Origin: an uncultured Acidobacteriaceae bacterium
GTDB taxonomy: Bacteria > Acidobacteriota > Terriglobia > Terriglobales > Acidobacteriaceae
Length of the DNA: 64,000 nucleotides
Reading direction: 5' to 3'
Assembly (NCBI GenBank): GCA_963753005.1
Contig: CAVWAM010000001.1
Span: forward strand, 457,773 to 521,772
A program made the position numbers and the translations under genes. Below, piece by piece: positions 37,687 to 47,134 of this stretch (position 1 is its first letter; every line of letters starts with the position of its first letter). Under the pieces are notes generated by a model. It was not told the DNA's origin and did not search any database. It was given only the letters and a program-made list of their open reading frames with translations.

Positions 37687-37770
37687 CTACTTTTTCTTCG
37701 CGGCCTTCTTCACGGCCTTCTTGGCCGCCTTCTTGGCGGGTGCCTTCTTGGCTGCTTTCTTGGTTGCCAT
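37687..37770 (-). CDS. 27-aa Lys/Ala-rich basic peptide (histone H1-tail-like)
   Basis: MATKKAAKKAPAKKAAKKAVKKAAKKK. GGGAGA lies 8 nt upstream of ATG 37770. G/C-ending codons (AAG, GCC), a terminator-like hairpin downstream, and a strongly AT-rich upstream region. Confidence 0.5.
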   Translation of the reverse strand: MATKKAAKKAPAKKAAKKAVKKAAKKK

Positions 37771-37806
37771 TTGCCTATTCTCCCTTTTCGATGGGTTGCA
37801 TCGATT

Positions 37807-37826
37807 CTGCAATTTAAAAATTGCAG
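37807..37826. promoter_or_regulatory. 20-bp palindrome CTGCAATTT-AA-AAATTGCAG upstream of the mini-gene
   Basis: Perfect 9-bp arms within the AT-rich segment 37771-37900. ACATCGATGT (37851-37860) is a second small palindrome there. Confidence 0.3.
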
Positions 37827-38330
37827 ATGAAAAATGTATAGATTCATGAAACATCGATGTCAAGAAAAAAACGACGTGAGAGTAAAAAAAGATCAACATC
37901 GTTCCGGAGGTGAACCGATCATCGGAGCAGAATTCGAGTTGAAATTTGAAGCGCAGATGGAAAGTGGAGCGCGATGGAATCGAATTCGACGAACGCGCGA
38001 GCGTTAATTCGCTGCGAGCTGCTCGATGCGCTGCGCGATTTGCCGCCGCTTCGTCGAAGGCGATGGAGCGCCTGCCGACGAGTTCGATGCGCTTGGCAGC
38101 GCGGACCGCGGCTATCGTGGAACCGATATCGGCGGGATCGGTGGTGGCGTGTTCATTTCCAGCGGGGCCGGGGAGTCGCGGTCACAGATCAGATTGCAGC
38201 GAGAAACAGGGAATGATGCGCAGTTTTCAGGTGCAGCTCGCGAGCAGACGGTTCCACGGCGCAGTTGACGCAGGACTGTTCCGTTGCAGGCCTATGAGCC
38301 GCGGACGAACCAACGGCTCCTTTTCCGTCT

Positions 38331-39171
38331 CTATTCCAGGAACTCGCGAACAAAGCCTGTCTGGCTGTGGAGGAGTTCGTCAAGCGAACCATCGAAGATC
38401 AGACGGCCCTCGTCGAGCATGAGAAAGGTGGTATTGGGATTGGTCTGTCCTGCGGGGAGCGGGACCATGCGATTCTGTTCCGCATCGAAGCGATGGTTGC
38501 AAAGGGTGAAGGCGTCCTGAAGGCGGTGGGTAACCAAGAGGGCCGGGGCCGCATGGACGTTCTCGTTGCTTGACGATGAGTTCGATGATGGTGGTGGAGG
38601 TGACGGGATCGAGGCCGCCCGTAGGCGAGTCGTAGAGGATCAGCTCCGGGTGATGGATGAGGGCGCGCGCGATGGCCACGCGCCGCTTCATGCCGCCCGA
38701 AAGGCTGGGGGGATAAAGGCCGAAGGTTTCTTCCAAACCGACAAAGCTGAGCGCCTCGCGGACCCGGCTGTCGGTCTCTTCGTCGGGCACGTGCTCTTGA
38801 ATCAACTGATAGGCGACATTGTCGCGCACGGTAAGAGAATCGAAAAGCGCTCCCTCCTGGAAGACCATTCCTGCTCGAGAGCGCAAGGGAAAGAGCTTTT
38901 CCTCGGACATGCGGGAGATATCTTCGCCGAAGAGCAGGACACTGCCATTCTGCGGGCGAAGCAGCCCGAGGATGAGTTTGAGCAGCACGCTTTTGCCCAC
39001 GCCGGCGGGACCGAGCAGAACGCGCGTCTCCGCGGGAGCTACGGTAAAGCCGATGTCCTTAAGCACGGGCGGGCCGTCGAAGGCTATGGAAACGCCGCGC
39101 AGAACGACGACAGGGCTGCCGTTCTGTCCGGGAGCCGGTGATTGCGGGGCGGGTGCTGAAGCGTGGCTCAT
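38331..39171 (-). pseudogene. mlaF: MlaF-like ABC transporter ATPase interrupted by an apparent +1 frameshift
   Basis: Frame A (38380..39171) carries Walker A GPAGVGKS, LSGGMKRRVAIARAL and Walker B LILYDSPTGGLDP...IIELIVKQRE, then turns to nonsense. Frame B (38331..38537 and upstream) continues NVHAAPALLVTHRLQDAF...LMLDEGRLIFDGSLDELL...FVREFLE. The junction is near 38540-38575. Confidence 0.8.
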
Positions 39172-39947
39172 GTGGGGAAGATGGTGAGCAGGATGTGGGT
39201 GATGATGAAATCGACAGCGATGATCAGGACGGAAGAGTTGACCACGGCCGAAATCGTGGCGCGGCCAACCCCCTCGGTGCCCCCGGTGGTTCTCATGCCA
39301 TAAAAGCAGCCGATGGAGCCGAGGAGGTAGCCGAAGAAGAGGGGTTTCACCAGGCCCTGAATTATATCGGGATAGTGAAGATGTTCGTAGGCCATGTGAA
39401 AGTACTGCGTGCCATTCTGATGATTGAGGAAGACGGTGACAGCGGCGCCGCCGGCAATTCCGAACGCGTCGGCCACAATGGTGAGGAAGAGAAGCATGGT
39501 GATGCTGGCGAAGATACGCGGGGTGACGAGCTTGCGCATGGGATCGACGCCCAATGCGCGCATGGCGTCGATTTGCTCGGTGACGACCATGGAGCCGAGT
39601 TCGCTGGCTATCGAGGATGCATTGCGACCGGAAACCATGATGCCGGTGAGCACCGCGCCGAGCTCACGAACCATGGTGAGGCTTACGAATTGGCCCGTGA
39701 CGGCGGCGGCGCCAAAGGCTGAAAGGGTAGCCGAGGACTGCAACGCGAGCACGCCCCCGGTAAAGAAGCCGGAGAGAATCACGATGGGCAGCGAACCGAA
39801 GCCAATGATGTCGGATTGAATGAGGAAGTCGGTCCAGTAGATGGGAGGGCGGAAAAGATTGAGAAAGGCTCGCCCCGCAAACAGGGAGTATTCCTGTACG
39901 GTGAGCACGATTTGTTTGGCGGTACGGTCTATCGCGATGAACGCCAT
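39168..39947 (-). CDS. mlaE: MlaE-like ABC transporter permease
   Basis: ORF 39168..40139 trimmed to ATG 39947 (259 aa). Contains GFGSLPIVILSGFFTGGVLALQS, MVVTEQIDAMRALGVDP and CFYGMRTTGGTEGVG. ATGA overlap with mlaF. Confidence 0.9.
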   Translation of the reverse strand: MAFIAIDRTAKQIVLTVQEYSLFAGRAFLNLFRPPIYWTDFLIQSDIIGFGSLPIVILSGFFTGGVLALQSSATLSAFGAAAVTGQFVSLTMVRELGAVLTGIMVSGRNASSIASELGSMVVTEQIDAMRALGVDPMRKLVTPRIFASITMLLFLTIVADAFGIAGGAAVTVFLNHQNGTQYFHMAYEHLHYPDIIQGLVKPLFFGYLLGSIGCFYGMRTTGGTEGVGRATISAVVNSSVLIIAVDFIITHILLTIFPT

Positions 39948-40253
39948 GGGGTGCCGGTGTGCGGGCTGGGAATTCCGCGCCGCTTCCGAGGACAGGATAG
40001 CGCATCGAAGAGGCGCGGAGTAAAAGCAGATCTGGAGGGACCTGTCCAATACGACCCGGTTGGGCGTCGTGGTCTCGTCCTGCGTTATGCTAAGCACCGC
40101 ATCGGGGAAACGACTTTGCTGGAGTCGCGTGTACCGCATCGCCGTGCAGGGCGTAAGTCGAGTCAGGGGCGCAACGGACCGGAAGATTTCGAAAAATTAG
40201 AAACTTGAACCGCCCGCTCCCACTGCCCTTTCCGCATTTACAATCGAATCTGT

Positions 40254-41435
40254 ATGATCCGATTCTCGACAGCTGGTGAATCCCATGGTGAGGCGTTGGT
40301 TGCACTCGTCTCCGGGATCCCTGCCGGCGTGCCCGCCGATCTCGACTTTGTGAACCGCGAGCTTTGGCGGCGGCAGCAGGGCTATGGCCGCGGCGGCCGC
40401 ATGAAGATCGAAACCGACCGGGCACACGTGCTTTCCGGAGTGCGCCACGGCAAAACCATCGGTTCGCCAATCGCGATTCAATTGGAGAATCGGGATTGGA
40501 AAAATTGGCAGGAGAAATTGCCTGTCGAGGCTGGCGATCCCGCCAAGCACCGGGCGGTCGTCTCACCGCGGCCCGGCCATGCCGACCTGGCCGGCGCGCT
40601 GAAATACAACTTTCCTGACGCGCGCTATGTGCTGGAGCGCGCGTCGGCGCGCGAGTCTGCCGCGCGTGTAGCTGCCGGCGCCTTCGCAAAGTTACTGCTC
40701 CGCGAGTTGGACATCGAGATTGCGAGCCACGTGATTCGTGTGGGCCGGGTGGAGCTTGATCGCGATGCGACGTGGAAGGAGATTGCCGCCCTCGCCGGAA
40801 AAGAAGAAGTGGTCCTGGCTTGCGTCGATCCGCCCACCGAAGCGCGCATGAAAGAGGAAGTGGATGCGGCGGCGCGCGCGGGCGATACCGTGAACGGAGT
40901 TTTTGAAGTGGTGGCGCACGGCGTTCCCGCCGGGCTCGGCTCCTATGCAAACTGGGATGAGCGGCTCGACGGACAGCTTGCCTGGGCGGTCATGAGCCTG
41001 CAGGCCGTCAAGGCGGTCGAGATCGGCCGCGGCGTGGCTGCCGCCGCATCGTTCGGGTCCCGCGTCCACGATCCCATTCACTATGCGGCCGAGAACCCGC
41101 CTGGCCGGCCGACTCGATTCACGCGCCCGCACAACAATGCGGGCGGCGTCGAGGGCGGCGTCTCCAACGGCGAGGACATCGTGGTCCGCGGATACCTGAA
41201 GCCGATCTCCACCCTGCGCCAGCCGCTCGAATCGGTGCGCTTCGATACCCGCGAGCCTACCAGCGCAAGTTACGAGCGGAGCGACATTTGCGTGGTTCCG
41301 GCGGCGGGCGTGGCCGCCGAGGCCATGGTCGCGCTGGTCCTGGCCAATCTGGCCCGCGAGAAATTCGGCGGCGACTCATTGCCGGAGTTGAAGCGAAACT
41401 TCTTGGGATACATCGAACAGATACGGAGCTATTAG
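40254..41435 (+). CDS. aroC: Chorismate synthase
   Basis: 393 aa. Starts MIRFSTAGESHGEALVALVSGIPAG...RRQQGYGRGGRMKIE. Confidence 0.95.
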   Translation: MIRFSTAGESHGEALVALVSGIPAGVPADLDFVNRELWRRQQGYGRGGRMKIETDRAHVLSGVRHGKTIGSPIAIQLENRDWKNWQEKLPVEAGDPAKHRAVVSPRPGHADLAGALKYNFPDARYVLERASARESAARVAAGAFAKLLLRELDIEIASHVIRVGRVELDRDATWKEIAALAGKEEVVLACVDPPTEARMKEEVDAAARAGDTVNGVFEVVAHGVPAGLGSYANWDERLDGQLAWAVMSLQAVKAVEIGRGVAAAASFGSRVHDPIHYAAENPPGRPTRFTRPHNNAGGVEGGVSNGEDIVVRGYLKPISTLRQPLESVRFDTREPTSASYERSDICVVPAAGVAAEAMVALVLANLAREKFGGDSLPELKRNFLGYIEQIRSY

Positions 41436-41443
41436 CGGCGGCA

Positions 41444-41953
41444 ATGATTCTGAAGATTGTGAAGTATCCCGACCCCGTGTTGGAGAAGCCCGGCGAACCG
41501 GTCACCGAGTTTAATTCCGAGTTGCGCAAGTTCGTGGCCGATATGTTCGAAACTACTTATGCCTCGCAGGGCATCGGCTTGGCCGCGCCGCAGGTGGGCG
41601 TATCGAAGCGCCTTGCGGTGGTCGACCTGAGCCTCGGCAAGGATCCCGCGCAGAAACATGTCCTCATCAACCCGGAGATCACCTTCAGCGAGGGCAAACA
41701 GTACGAGGAGGAAGGTTGCCTTAGCTTTCCCGAAATTCGCGAAAAGGTGGTGCGCGCGGCCAAGGTCCGCATCCGCGCCCAGGACGAGCACGGCAAGTGG
41801 TTCGAGATGGCCGGTGAAGAGCTGTTCGCGCGCGCCTTCCAGCATGAGATCGACCACGTCGACGGCATCGTGTTTATCTTCCGCATGAGCGCGCTCAAAC
41901 GCAGCCTGAATCTGCGCAAGATTCGCAAAATGCAGAGTGAGGGTACGTGGTAA
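41444..41953 (+). CDS. def: Peptide deformylase
   Basis: From ATG 41444. Contains GIGLAAPQVG, EGCLSFP and QHEIDH. Confidence 0.95.
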   Translation: MILKIVKYPDPVLEKPGEPVTEFNSELRKFVADMFETTYASQGIGLAAPQVGVSKRLAVVDLSLGKDPAQKHVLINPEITFSEGKQYEEEGCLSFPEIREKVVRAAKVRIRAQDEHGKWFEMAGEELFARAFQHEIDHVDGIVFIFRMSALKRSLNLRKIRKMQSEGTW

Positions 41954-41960
41954 GGCTGCC

Positions 41961-42932
41961 ATGACGAACGCTGGGAACGGCCTCAAGCTCGTATTTTGCG
42001 GAACTCCGCAGTTCGCCGTCCCCACGCTGGAGGCGCTGCTCGCCGCAAAACACGAAGTGGCGCTCGTGGTTTCGCAACCTGACCGGCCCGTAGGCCGCGA
42101 TCGTCGGCTTACCGCTCCGCCGGTCAAGCAGGCCGCCCTGGCCGCCGCGCTCGCCGTCACGCAGCCCGAGAGAATCCGCAACAACACGGAGTTCCGCTCG
42201 CTGCTTGAGTCCATCGCGCCCGACGCCATCGTGGTCGTGGCTTATGGCCGCATCATTCCGCCCTGGATGCTGGCGCTTCCCCGGCTGGGTTGCATCAATC
42301 TGCACGCTTCGTTGCTGCCCAAGCACCGCGGCGCCGCGCCGATCCAATGGGCGATTGCCATGGGCGACGCCTATACCGGAAATACCACTATGCTTCTGGA
42401 AGAAGGCCTCGATACTGGACCTATCTTGTTGCAGCAGACTATGGAGATCGGTCCCGAGCAAACCGCCGCGGATCTTTTTCCGGTGCTGGCGCAAGCCGGT
42501 GCGCCGCTGGTTGTGGAGACCCTCGCCGGTTTAGCCAACGGCTCAATTCACCCCCAACCCCAGAGTCATGAGACTGCGACCTTCGCGCCATTGCTCGACC
42601 GCCAAGACGGCCGGATCGACTTTGCCTCTCGCACCGCGCACGAGATCTACAATCGTTGGCGCGGATTTCAGCCATGGCCAGGCGCGTTTACATTCCTCAA
42701 TGGGAAGAAATTGATTGTGCACAGCATGGCGATTGCCCGAGGGAGCTATGCCGAGGCGTTGGGCTTCGCCGAGCCAGGCTGGATCCTCGTAGAGAATCAT
42801 CGCTTGCTGGCCGCATGCGCCGCGAATACTTGGCTGGAATTCCTGGAAGTGCAGCTCGAGGGGAAGAAACGCCTGGGAGCCGCCGAGTTTCTGCGCGGGA
42901 ATCCGCTCACGGCGGACGCGCGCCTGGGTTGA
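41961..42932 (+). CDS. fmt: Methionyl-tRNA formyltransferase
   Basis: From ATG 41961. Contains LKLVFCGTPQFAVPTLEAL and NLHASLLPKHRGAAPIQWAI. Confidence 0.95.
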   Translation: MTNAGNGLKLVFCGTPQFAVPTLEALLAAKHEVALVVSQPDRPVGRDRRLTAPPVKQAALAAALAVTQPERIRNNTEFRSLLESIAPDAIVVVAYGRIIPPWMLALPRLGCINLHASLLPKHRGAAPIQWAIAMGDAYTGNTTMLLEEGLDTGPILLQQTMEIGPEQTAADLFPVLAQAGAPLVVETLAGLANGSIHPQPQSHETATFAPLLDRQDGRIDFASRTAHEIYNRWRGFQPWPGAFTFLNGKKLIVHSMAIARGSYAEALGFAEPGWILVENHRLLAACAANTWLEFLEVQLEGKKRLGAAEFLRGNPLTADARLG

Positions 42933-42937
42933 GCGCT

Positions 42938-44305
42938 GTGTCCGCGATCTCTCCTGCACGCAAAGCCGCTTTCGGAATACTGCTGGCCGTCGAGCGTGGA
43001 CGAGCTCACTGCGATGACTTGCTGCGCGCGCGGGCTGTTGACGCGCTCTCGCCTGCCGACCGCAACCTGGCCACCATGCTGGTGCTCGGTGTGCTGCGCT
43101 GGCAGGTCCGGCTGGACGCGCAACTGAAGAACTTCCTCAAGAAACCGGGCGCCAAACTCGATCCGGAGGTCCTTACTGCGCTTCGCCTGGGCGCATTTCA
43201 ACTTCTCTTTCTGGATCGCATTCCCGCCCACGCGGCCATCGGCGAGAGCGTGGAGCTGGCGAGGCAGTCCGGCCACCGCTTTGCCTCAGGGATGGTGAAC
43301 GCCGTGCTTCGAAGGCTAGACGAGGCTTCGCCGTTTCCCTTCCCGAGCGAAACCCCTGCCCAGTTGGCGTTGGCCCTGGCCCACCCCGCATGGATGGTCG
43401 AACGCTGGTCTGATTTCTACGATCTGGAAGCTGCGCGCGCAATCTGCCTTCACGGCCAGGTGCAACCGCCGTTGACCGTGCGCATCGAGGGCCCTGCGGT
43501 TGCGGCCGAGCTCGAGCAGGCCGGCGTCCGGCTCGAACCGGGCGCTCTGCTCGCCGCCGCCCGCACTGTGGTTTCCGGCAATGCCGCAACCACGACGGCT
43601 TTTCGCGAAGGCCGCGTCCGCATTCAGGACGAGGGATCGCAACTGATCGGCGAGTTGGCTGCGAGCGCCGTCGAAGGTCCAAACCAAAAAGCGCTTAGAA
43701 TCCTCGATGCCTGCGCGGCGCCGGGCGGAAAGACGCTCATTCTCGCCGAGCGCCATCCCGAGGCGCGCATCGCGGCCTGCGAGGCCAACCCGCGGCGGTT
43801 TGCCGAATTGCGCAAGCGCCTTGCCGCGCACGCCGGCCGCGTGGAGTGCCTGCTGGCCGACGCGACCCTGCTTGAAAGAGAATCCGGCTACGATCTCGCG
43901 TTGGTTGACGCGCCGTGCAGCGGCACCGGCACGCTGGGACGCAATCCGGAGATCCGCCATCGCCTGCGGCCGGAGGACCTGGCGCGTCAGGCCGAGCGGC
44001 AGCGCGCGATTCTTTCCGCCGCCTTGCGCTACGTCCGCCTCGGCGGCCGCGTTGTGTATTCGACCTGTTCTCTGGAACCGGAAGAAAACGAGCAGGTCGT
44101 CGCCACCGTGCTTGCGGGGAATCGTGACTGCCGGCAGGTTTCGCTTGCGCACAGCATTGAACTGCTGTCGCGCGACGGCATTTTGGCTCCATCCGGAGCG
44201 GAGCAGTTGCAGAAGTGCCTTACGCGCGAAGGAGCGCTGCGCTTACTGCCGGGCGTTGTCCCCACCGATGGATTCTTTGTTGCGTTGATCGAGAAGGCTG
44301 TTTAG
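42938..44305 (+). CDS. rsmB: 16S rRNA (cytosine967-C5)-methyltransferase RsmB
   Basis: Start assigned to GTG 42938, just after the fmt stop. NusB-like N-terminus, DACAAPGGKT, DAPCSGTGTLGRNPE and YSTCSLEPEENE. The def-fmt-rsmB gene order is conserved. Confidence 0.9.
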   Translation: MSAISPARKAAFGILLAVERGRAHCDDLLRARAVDALSPADRNLATMLVLGVLRWQVRLDAQLKNFLKKPGAKLDPEVLTALRLGAFQLLFLDRIPAHAAIGESVELARQSGHRFASGMVNAVLRRLDEASPFPFPSETPAQLALALAHPAWMVERWSDFYDLEAARAICLHGQVQPPLTVRIEGPAVAAELEQAGVRLEPGALLAAARTVVSGNAATTTAFREGRVRIQDEGSQLIGELAASAVEGPNQKALRILDACAAPGGKTLILAERHPEARIAACEANPRRFAELRKRLAAHAGRVECLLADATLLERESGYDLALVDAPCSGTGTLGRNPEIRHRLRPEDLARQAERQRAILSAALRYVRLGGRVVYSTCSLEPEENEQVVATVLAGNRDCRQVSLAHSIELLSRDGILAPSGAEQLQKCLTREGALRLLPGVVPTDGFFVALIEKAV

Positions 44306-44335
44306 GAAAGTCGAGGGTAAATTACCGATGCGCTT

Positions 44336-44839
44336 TTATGCTGATTCCGGTTCCAGGCGCAATTCCGCGAAGTCAAGCCCGAGCATCGCGCACAGGGCTT
44401 CCACGGCGAGGTTATGATCGCCGCGTTGCGGCAGCCCGGAAACGGTGACGCTGCCAATCACGCCTGCTCCCTTCACCGCCAGCGGAAACGATCCGCCATC
44501 GGCAGCATAATCCGCCGCCGGCAAGCCGTAGCGTTCGGGCAGCGTCGTGCCTTTCATCTTCAACGTCATCCCAACGGCATAGGAACTGCGATGGAAGCGG
44601 GCTACCACGTTGCTCTTGCGGCGTACCCATTCCGCGTTGTCCGGCGTCGTGCCGTCGAGCGCGGCATAAAACAATGGCTGCCCGAAGCGCCGCACGTCGA
44701 TCACCAGCGTGAGGCCGCGCTCCAGCGCCATGCTTCGTATCCGCGACCCCAGGTCCCACGCCACCTGCGCATCCAAGCGCGGCAACTGCAGTTCGCGTTC
44801 CTCGACTGCGATCTTTTCCAAATCCTCGCTCTGCGCCAT
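44336..44839 (-). CDS. UPF0303 / GlcG-like haem-degrading-domain protein
   Basis: 167 aa. Contains LVIDVRRFGQPLFYAALDGTTPDNAEWVRRK and GGSFPLAVKGAGVIGSVTVSGLPQRGDH. Confidence 0.75.
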   Translation of the reverse strand: MAQSEDLEKIAVEERELQLPRLDAQVAWDLGSRIRSMALERGLTLVIDVRRFGQPLFYAALDGTTPDNAEWVRRKSNVVARFHRSSYAVGMTLKMKGTTLPERYGLPAADYAADGGSFPLAVKGAGVIGSVTVSGLPQRGDHNLAVEALCAMLGLDFAELRLEPESA

Positions 44840-44861
44840 AGAACTTGACCTCCGTCGTTCC

Positions 44862-45632
44862 TTACCGAGCTACGGTCAGCTTGACCCGTGTGTCCTGATC
44901 CACGCGCGAGCCCGCGCCGGGCGACTGCGCCAGCACTGCGCCGGGCATGACCGGGAGCTTGGGCAACGCATTGCCGCTACCCACCGGAGCGACCGGAATA
45001 TTCACATAGGCAGGCGGCGCGGCTCTGATGCCCACCTTGGCCAGCGCAGTTTGTGCGCTGATGATTGGCAAGCCGGTGAGGTCGGGCATCACATAACCGT
45101 CGGGCGTCTCGTCGTCCGGCGCTGCGACAAGCAGGTTGACGCTGGGCTGCTCGATGCCCTGGGCGTGCGCGGGCGGATCCTGGGCCAACACGGTCCCCTC
45201 GGCGGCTGCGGCGTATGGCAGGTGCGCGATTTCACCCACCTCCAGGCCGGCGCGGCGCAACTCGAGCGAGGCCAGGCGCTCGTCGGCGCCCACCGTGTCG
45301 GGAACATCCGCTTTCTGCGGCCCAAGACTCTCGGCCACGCGCACGCGCCACTCGCGGCGCACCACCGTTCCCGCCGCGGGCGACTGCGAAAGAATGTGCC
45401 CCGCGGCCACATCGCCGGAGTAGTAGCGGTTGTCCACGTCGAGGTTCAGCCCCAAGCCCGAAGTAACGCTGCGCGCGTCGGCCACCGTCATCCCTTTGAG
45501 CGCCGGCACCTGCACCTCGGCGCCGTGAATGGCAAAGTGCATGGTGGTGATGGCGGCCAGCAGCGCGACGGCCACGAGCAGCAGGAGCAGCGAGGCCACG
45601 CGGAAGAAACCGGCGATGGCACGAGTGTTCAT
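44862..45632 (-). CDS. Membrane-anchored protein with three PASTA-like repeats
   Basis: 256 aa. An N-terminal TM helix, then three repeats of the type VP.L.GM....A...L...GL.......(S/A)....G.V..Q.P..G. No kinase or PBP domain is present. Confidence 0.7.
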   Translation of the reverse strand: MNTRAIAGFFRVASLLLLLVAVALLAAITTMHFAIHGAEVQVPALKGMTVADARSVTSGLGLNLDVDNRYYSGDVAAGHILSQSPAAGTVVRREWRVRVAESLGPQKADVPDTVGADERLASLELRRAGLEVGEIAHLPYAAAAEGTVLAQDPPAHAQGIEQPSVNLLVAAPDDETPDGYVMPDLTGLPIISAQTALAKVGIRAAPPAYVNIPVAPVGSGNALPKLPVMPGAVLAQSPGAGSRVDQDTRVKLTVAR

Positions 45633-45669
45633 GAATTCGGTTCACCCCTGAACAGTTCCATCCTGCACT

Positions 45670-47127
45670 CTACCGCGTATTATCCGTCGCCGGCTCGGGA
45701 TGGATGGTCACGCGATACACTTCAGGGCACTCCAACTTGAAACGGTCCTCGAGCTCGGTGATCACCTCGTGGACGCGGCGCATGGGAAGCTCGTCGGGCA
45801 ACGTGCAGTGACAGGTGAGAGAGATATGGTCTCGCGTGCGGCCCACGGCGACGGCGTGCACATCCACGATCTCGGGAAATCCTGCGGCCACGGAGCGCAA
45901 CACCTGTTCGATCTTGCGGTCTTCGACGGCCACCTCCTCCGGCTGCTCGATGGTGGCCGGCTCGCTTTCGATGTGCGTGAGCACCGAATCGATTTCTGGG
46001 ACGTTGCGCAGAATCTGCGCTTCGAGGGCGCAGACAAAGCTGTGCGCTTCCCGCAGCGAACGGCTTTCCTCGAGTTCCACGTGAAGCTCGACCTGCAAGC
46101 GCCCATGATGCGACCGAACGCTGAGCTCATGTACCGACACGTTATTGCGCGCGGCCACCGCCCGCACGCGGTCGAAGATGCTTTCCGCCCTCGTTTCACG
46201 GGGAACGGTGTGGATGACCACATCGGCTTTGGGCAGGGCTCGCTGCACTGCGGCCGTGGCGGCTTCTACCAACTCGCCGGTGTGCTCAAAGGTGAACCGC
46301 CGCGGCAGGGCCAGCGTGAGGTCGGCGAAGTAGCCGGCTCCTGCCCGGCGCACGCGCGCTCGCTCCACTGCCAGCACTCCGTCCACGCGCTCCACTTCGC
46401 GCACCAAGCGGCGGCGGGTTTCGGCGGGAATCTCGTCCATTAGCGCGCCTACCGCCTCGTGGCCCAGCCGGACCGTCATGCGCAGAATCATCAGTGCGAC
46501 CACCAGGGCTGCAAGCGGGTCCGCATAGTGCAGCGCACCAACCCCGAATCGCGCTCCCACCCAGGTGGCGCCCAGCCCGGCCAGCACCGCCAGCGTTGCC
46601 CAGATGTCCGAAGCAAAGTGGAACGCATCGGTGGCCAGAGCCGGTGATCCGGTGCGCGTAGCCACCGCGCGCAGTTGACGCGAGCGCCAAAGATCCACAC
46701 CGATCGACGTCACCAGCACAAGCACCGGCCACAGCGCGTGATGCAGCTCCACTGCGCGGTAGAAGATTCGCTCGACCGCCTCCCAGATGATCCAGGCGCA
46801 GGAGACGGCCATCAGCCCCGCTTCACTGAAAGCGGAGAGATTCTCAATCTTGCCGTGGCCGTAGGTATGATCCTCGTCTGCCGGCTTGTCGCTTACATGA
46901 ACGGAAAAGTAGGTCAGCGCCGCGCCGGCAAGGTCGAGTCCCGAATGGGCAGCATCGGAAAGCACGCCCAGCGACCCGGAGAGCAGACCAGCCGCGAGCT
47001 TGAGGAGGGTCATCGCCGCCGCGGCCGCCATCGAGCGCCGCGCCACTCGCTGCTTTTCAGCCGAGATCGCGGAGAGACTCGCCGCAGCCGACTCGGTCGC
47101 CCGCGAATTAGGGACGGCGGAGGTCAT
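45670..47127 (-). CDS. Cation diffusion facilitator (CDF) transporter with three tandem cytoplasmic C-terminal domains
   Basis: 485 aa. The TM domain carries HSGLDL...HTYGHGKIE and FHFASD. It is followed by three successive units of about 80 aa, each of the pattern V..VH.L..R..G....V.LH.....S..EAH.....LE..L....P......H.EP. Confidence 0.85.
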   Translation of the reverse strand: MTSAVPNSRATESAAASLSAISAEKQRVARRSMAAAAAMTLLKLAAGLLSGSLGVLSDAAHSGLDLAGAALTYFSVHVSDKPADEDHTYGHGKIENLSAFSEAGLMAVSCAWIIWEAVERIFYRAVELHHALWPVLVLVTSIGVDLWRSRQLRAVATRTGSPALATDAFHFASDIWATLAVLAGLGATWVGARFGVGALHYADPLAALVVALMILRMTVRLGHEAVGALMDEIPAETRRRLVREVERVDGVLAVERARVRRAGAGYFADLTLALPRRFTFEHTGELVEAATAAVQRALPKADVVIHTVPRETRAESIFDRVRAVAARNNVSVHELSVRSHHGRLQVELHVELEESRSLREAHSFVCALEAQILRNVPEIDSVLTHIESEPATIEQPEEVAVEDRKIEQVLRSVAAGFPEIVDVHAVAVGRTRDHISLTCHCTLPDELPMRRVHEVITELEDRFKLECPEVYRVTIHPEPATDNTR

Positions 47128-47134
47128 TGCGCTC

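Noticed and set aside
37643-37849. 68-aa hydrophobic plus-strand ORF (…FFFAAFFTAFLAAFLAGAFLAAFLVAI…) opposite the Lys/Ala-rich mini-gene
   Set aside because: It is the complement of the AAG/GCC repeat. Its TTG start lies inside the hairpin at 37632-37655, and its 3' half runs into AT-rich sequence with poor codon usage. I prefer the minus-strand peptide but cannot exclude this one.
37900-38330. Possible STAS/MlaB- or MlaD-like remnant downstream of mlaF (minus frame ...ADIGSTIAAVRAAKRIELVGRRSIAF..., ...FKFQLEFCSDDRFTSG...)
   Set aside because: There is only a vague pattern resemblance. The frame contains two in-frame TGA codons and no start codon. I cannot support a call without a profile search.
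40090-40950. 286-aa Arg/Pro-rich minus ORF overlapping aroC
   Set aside because: Antisense shadow of chorismate synthase with implausible composition.
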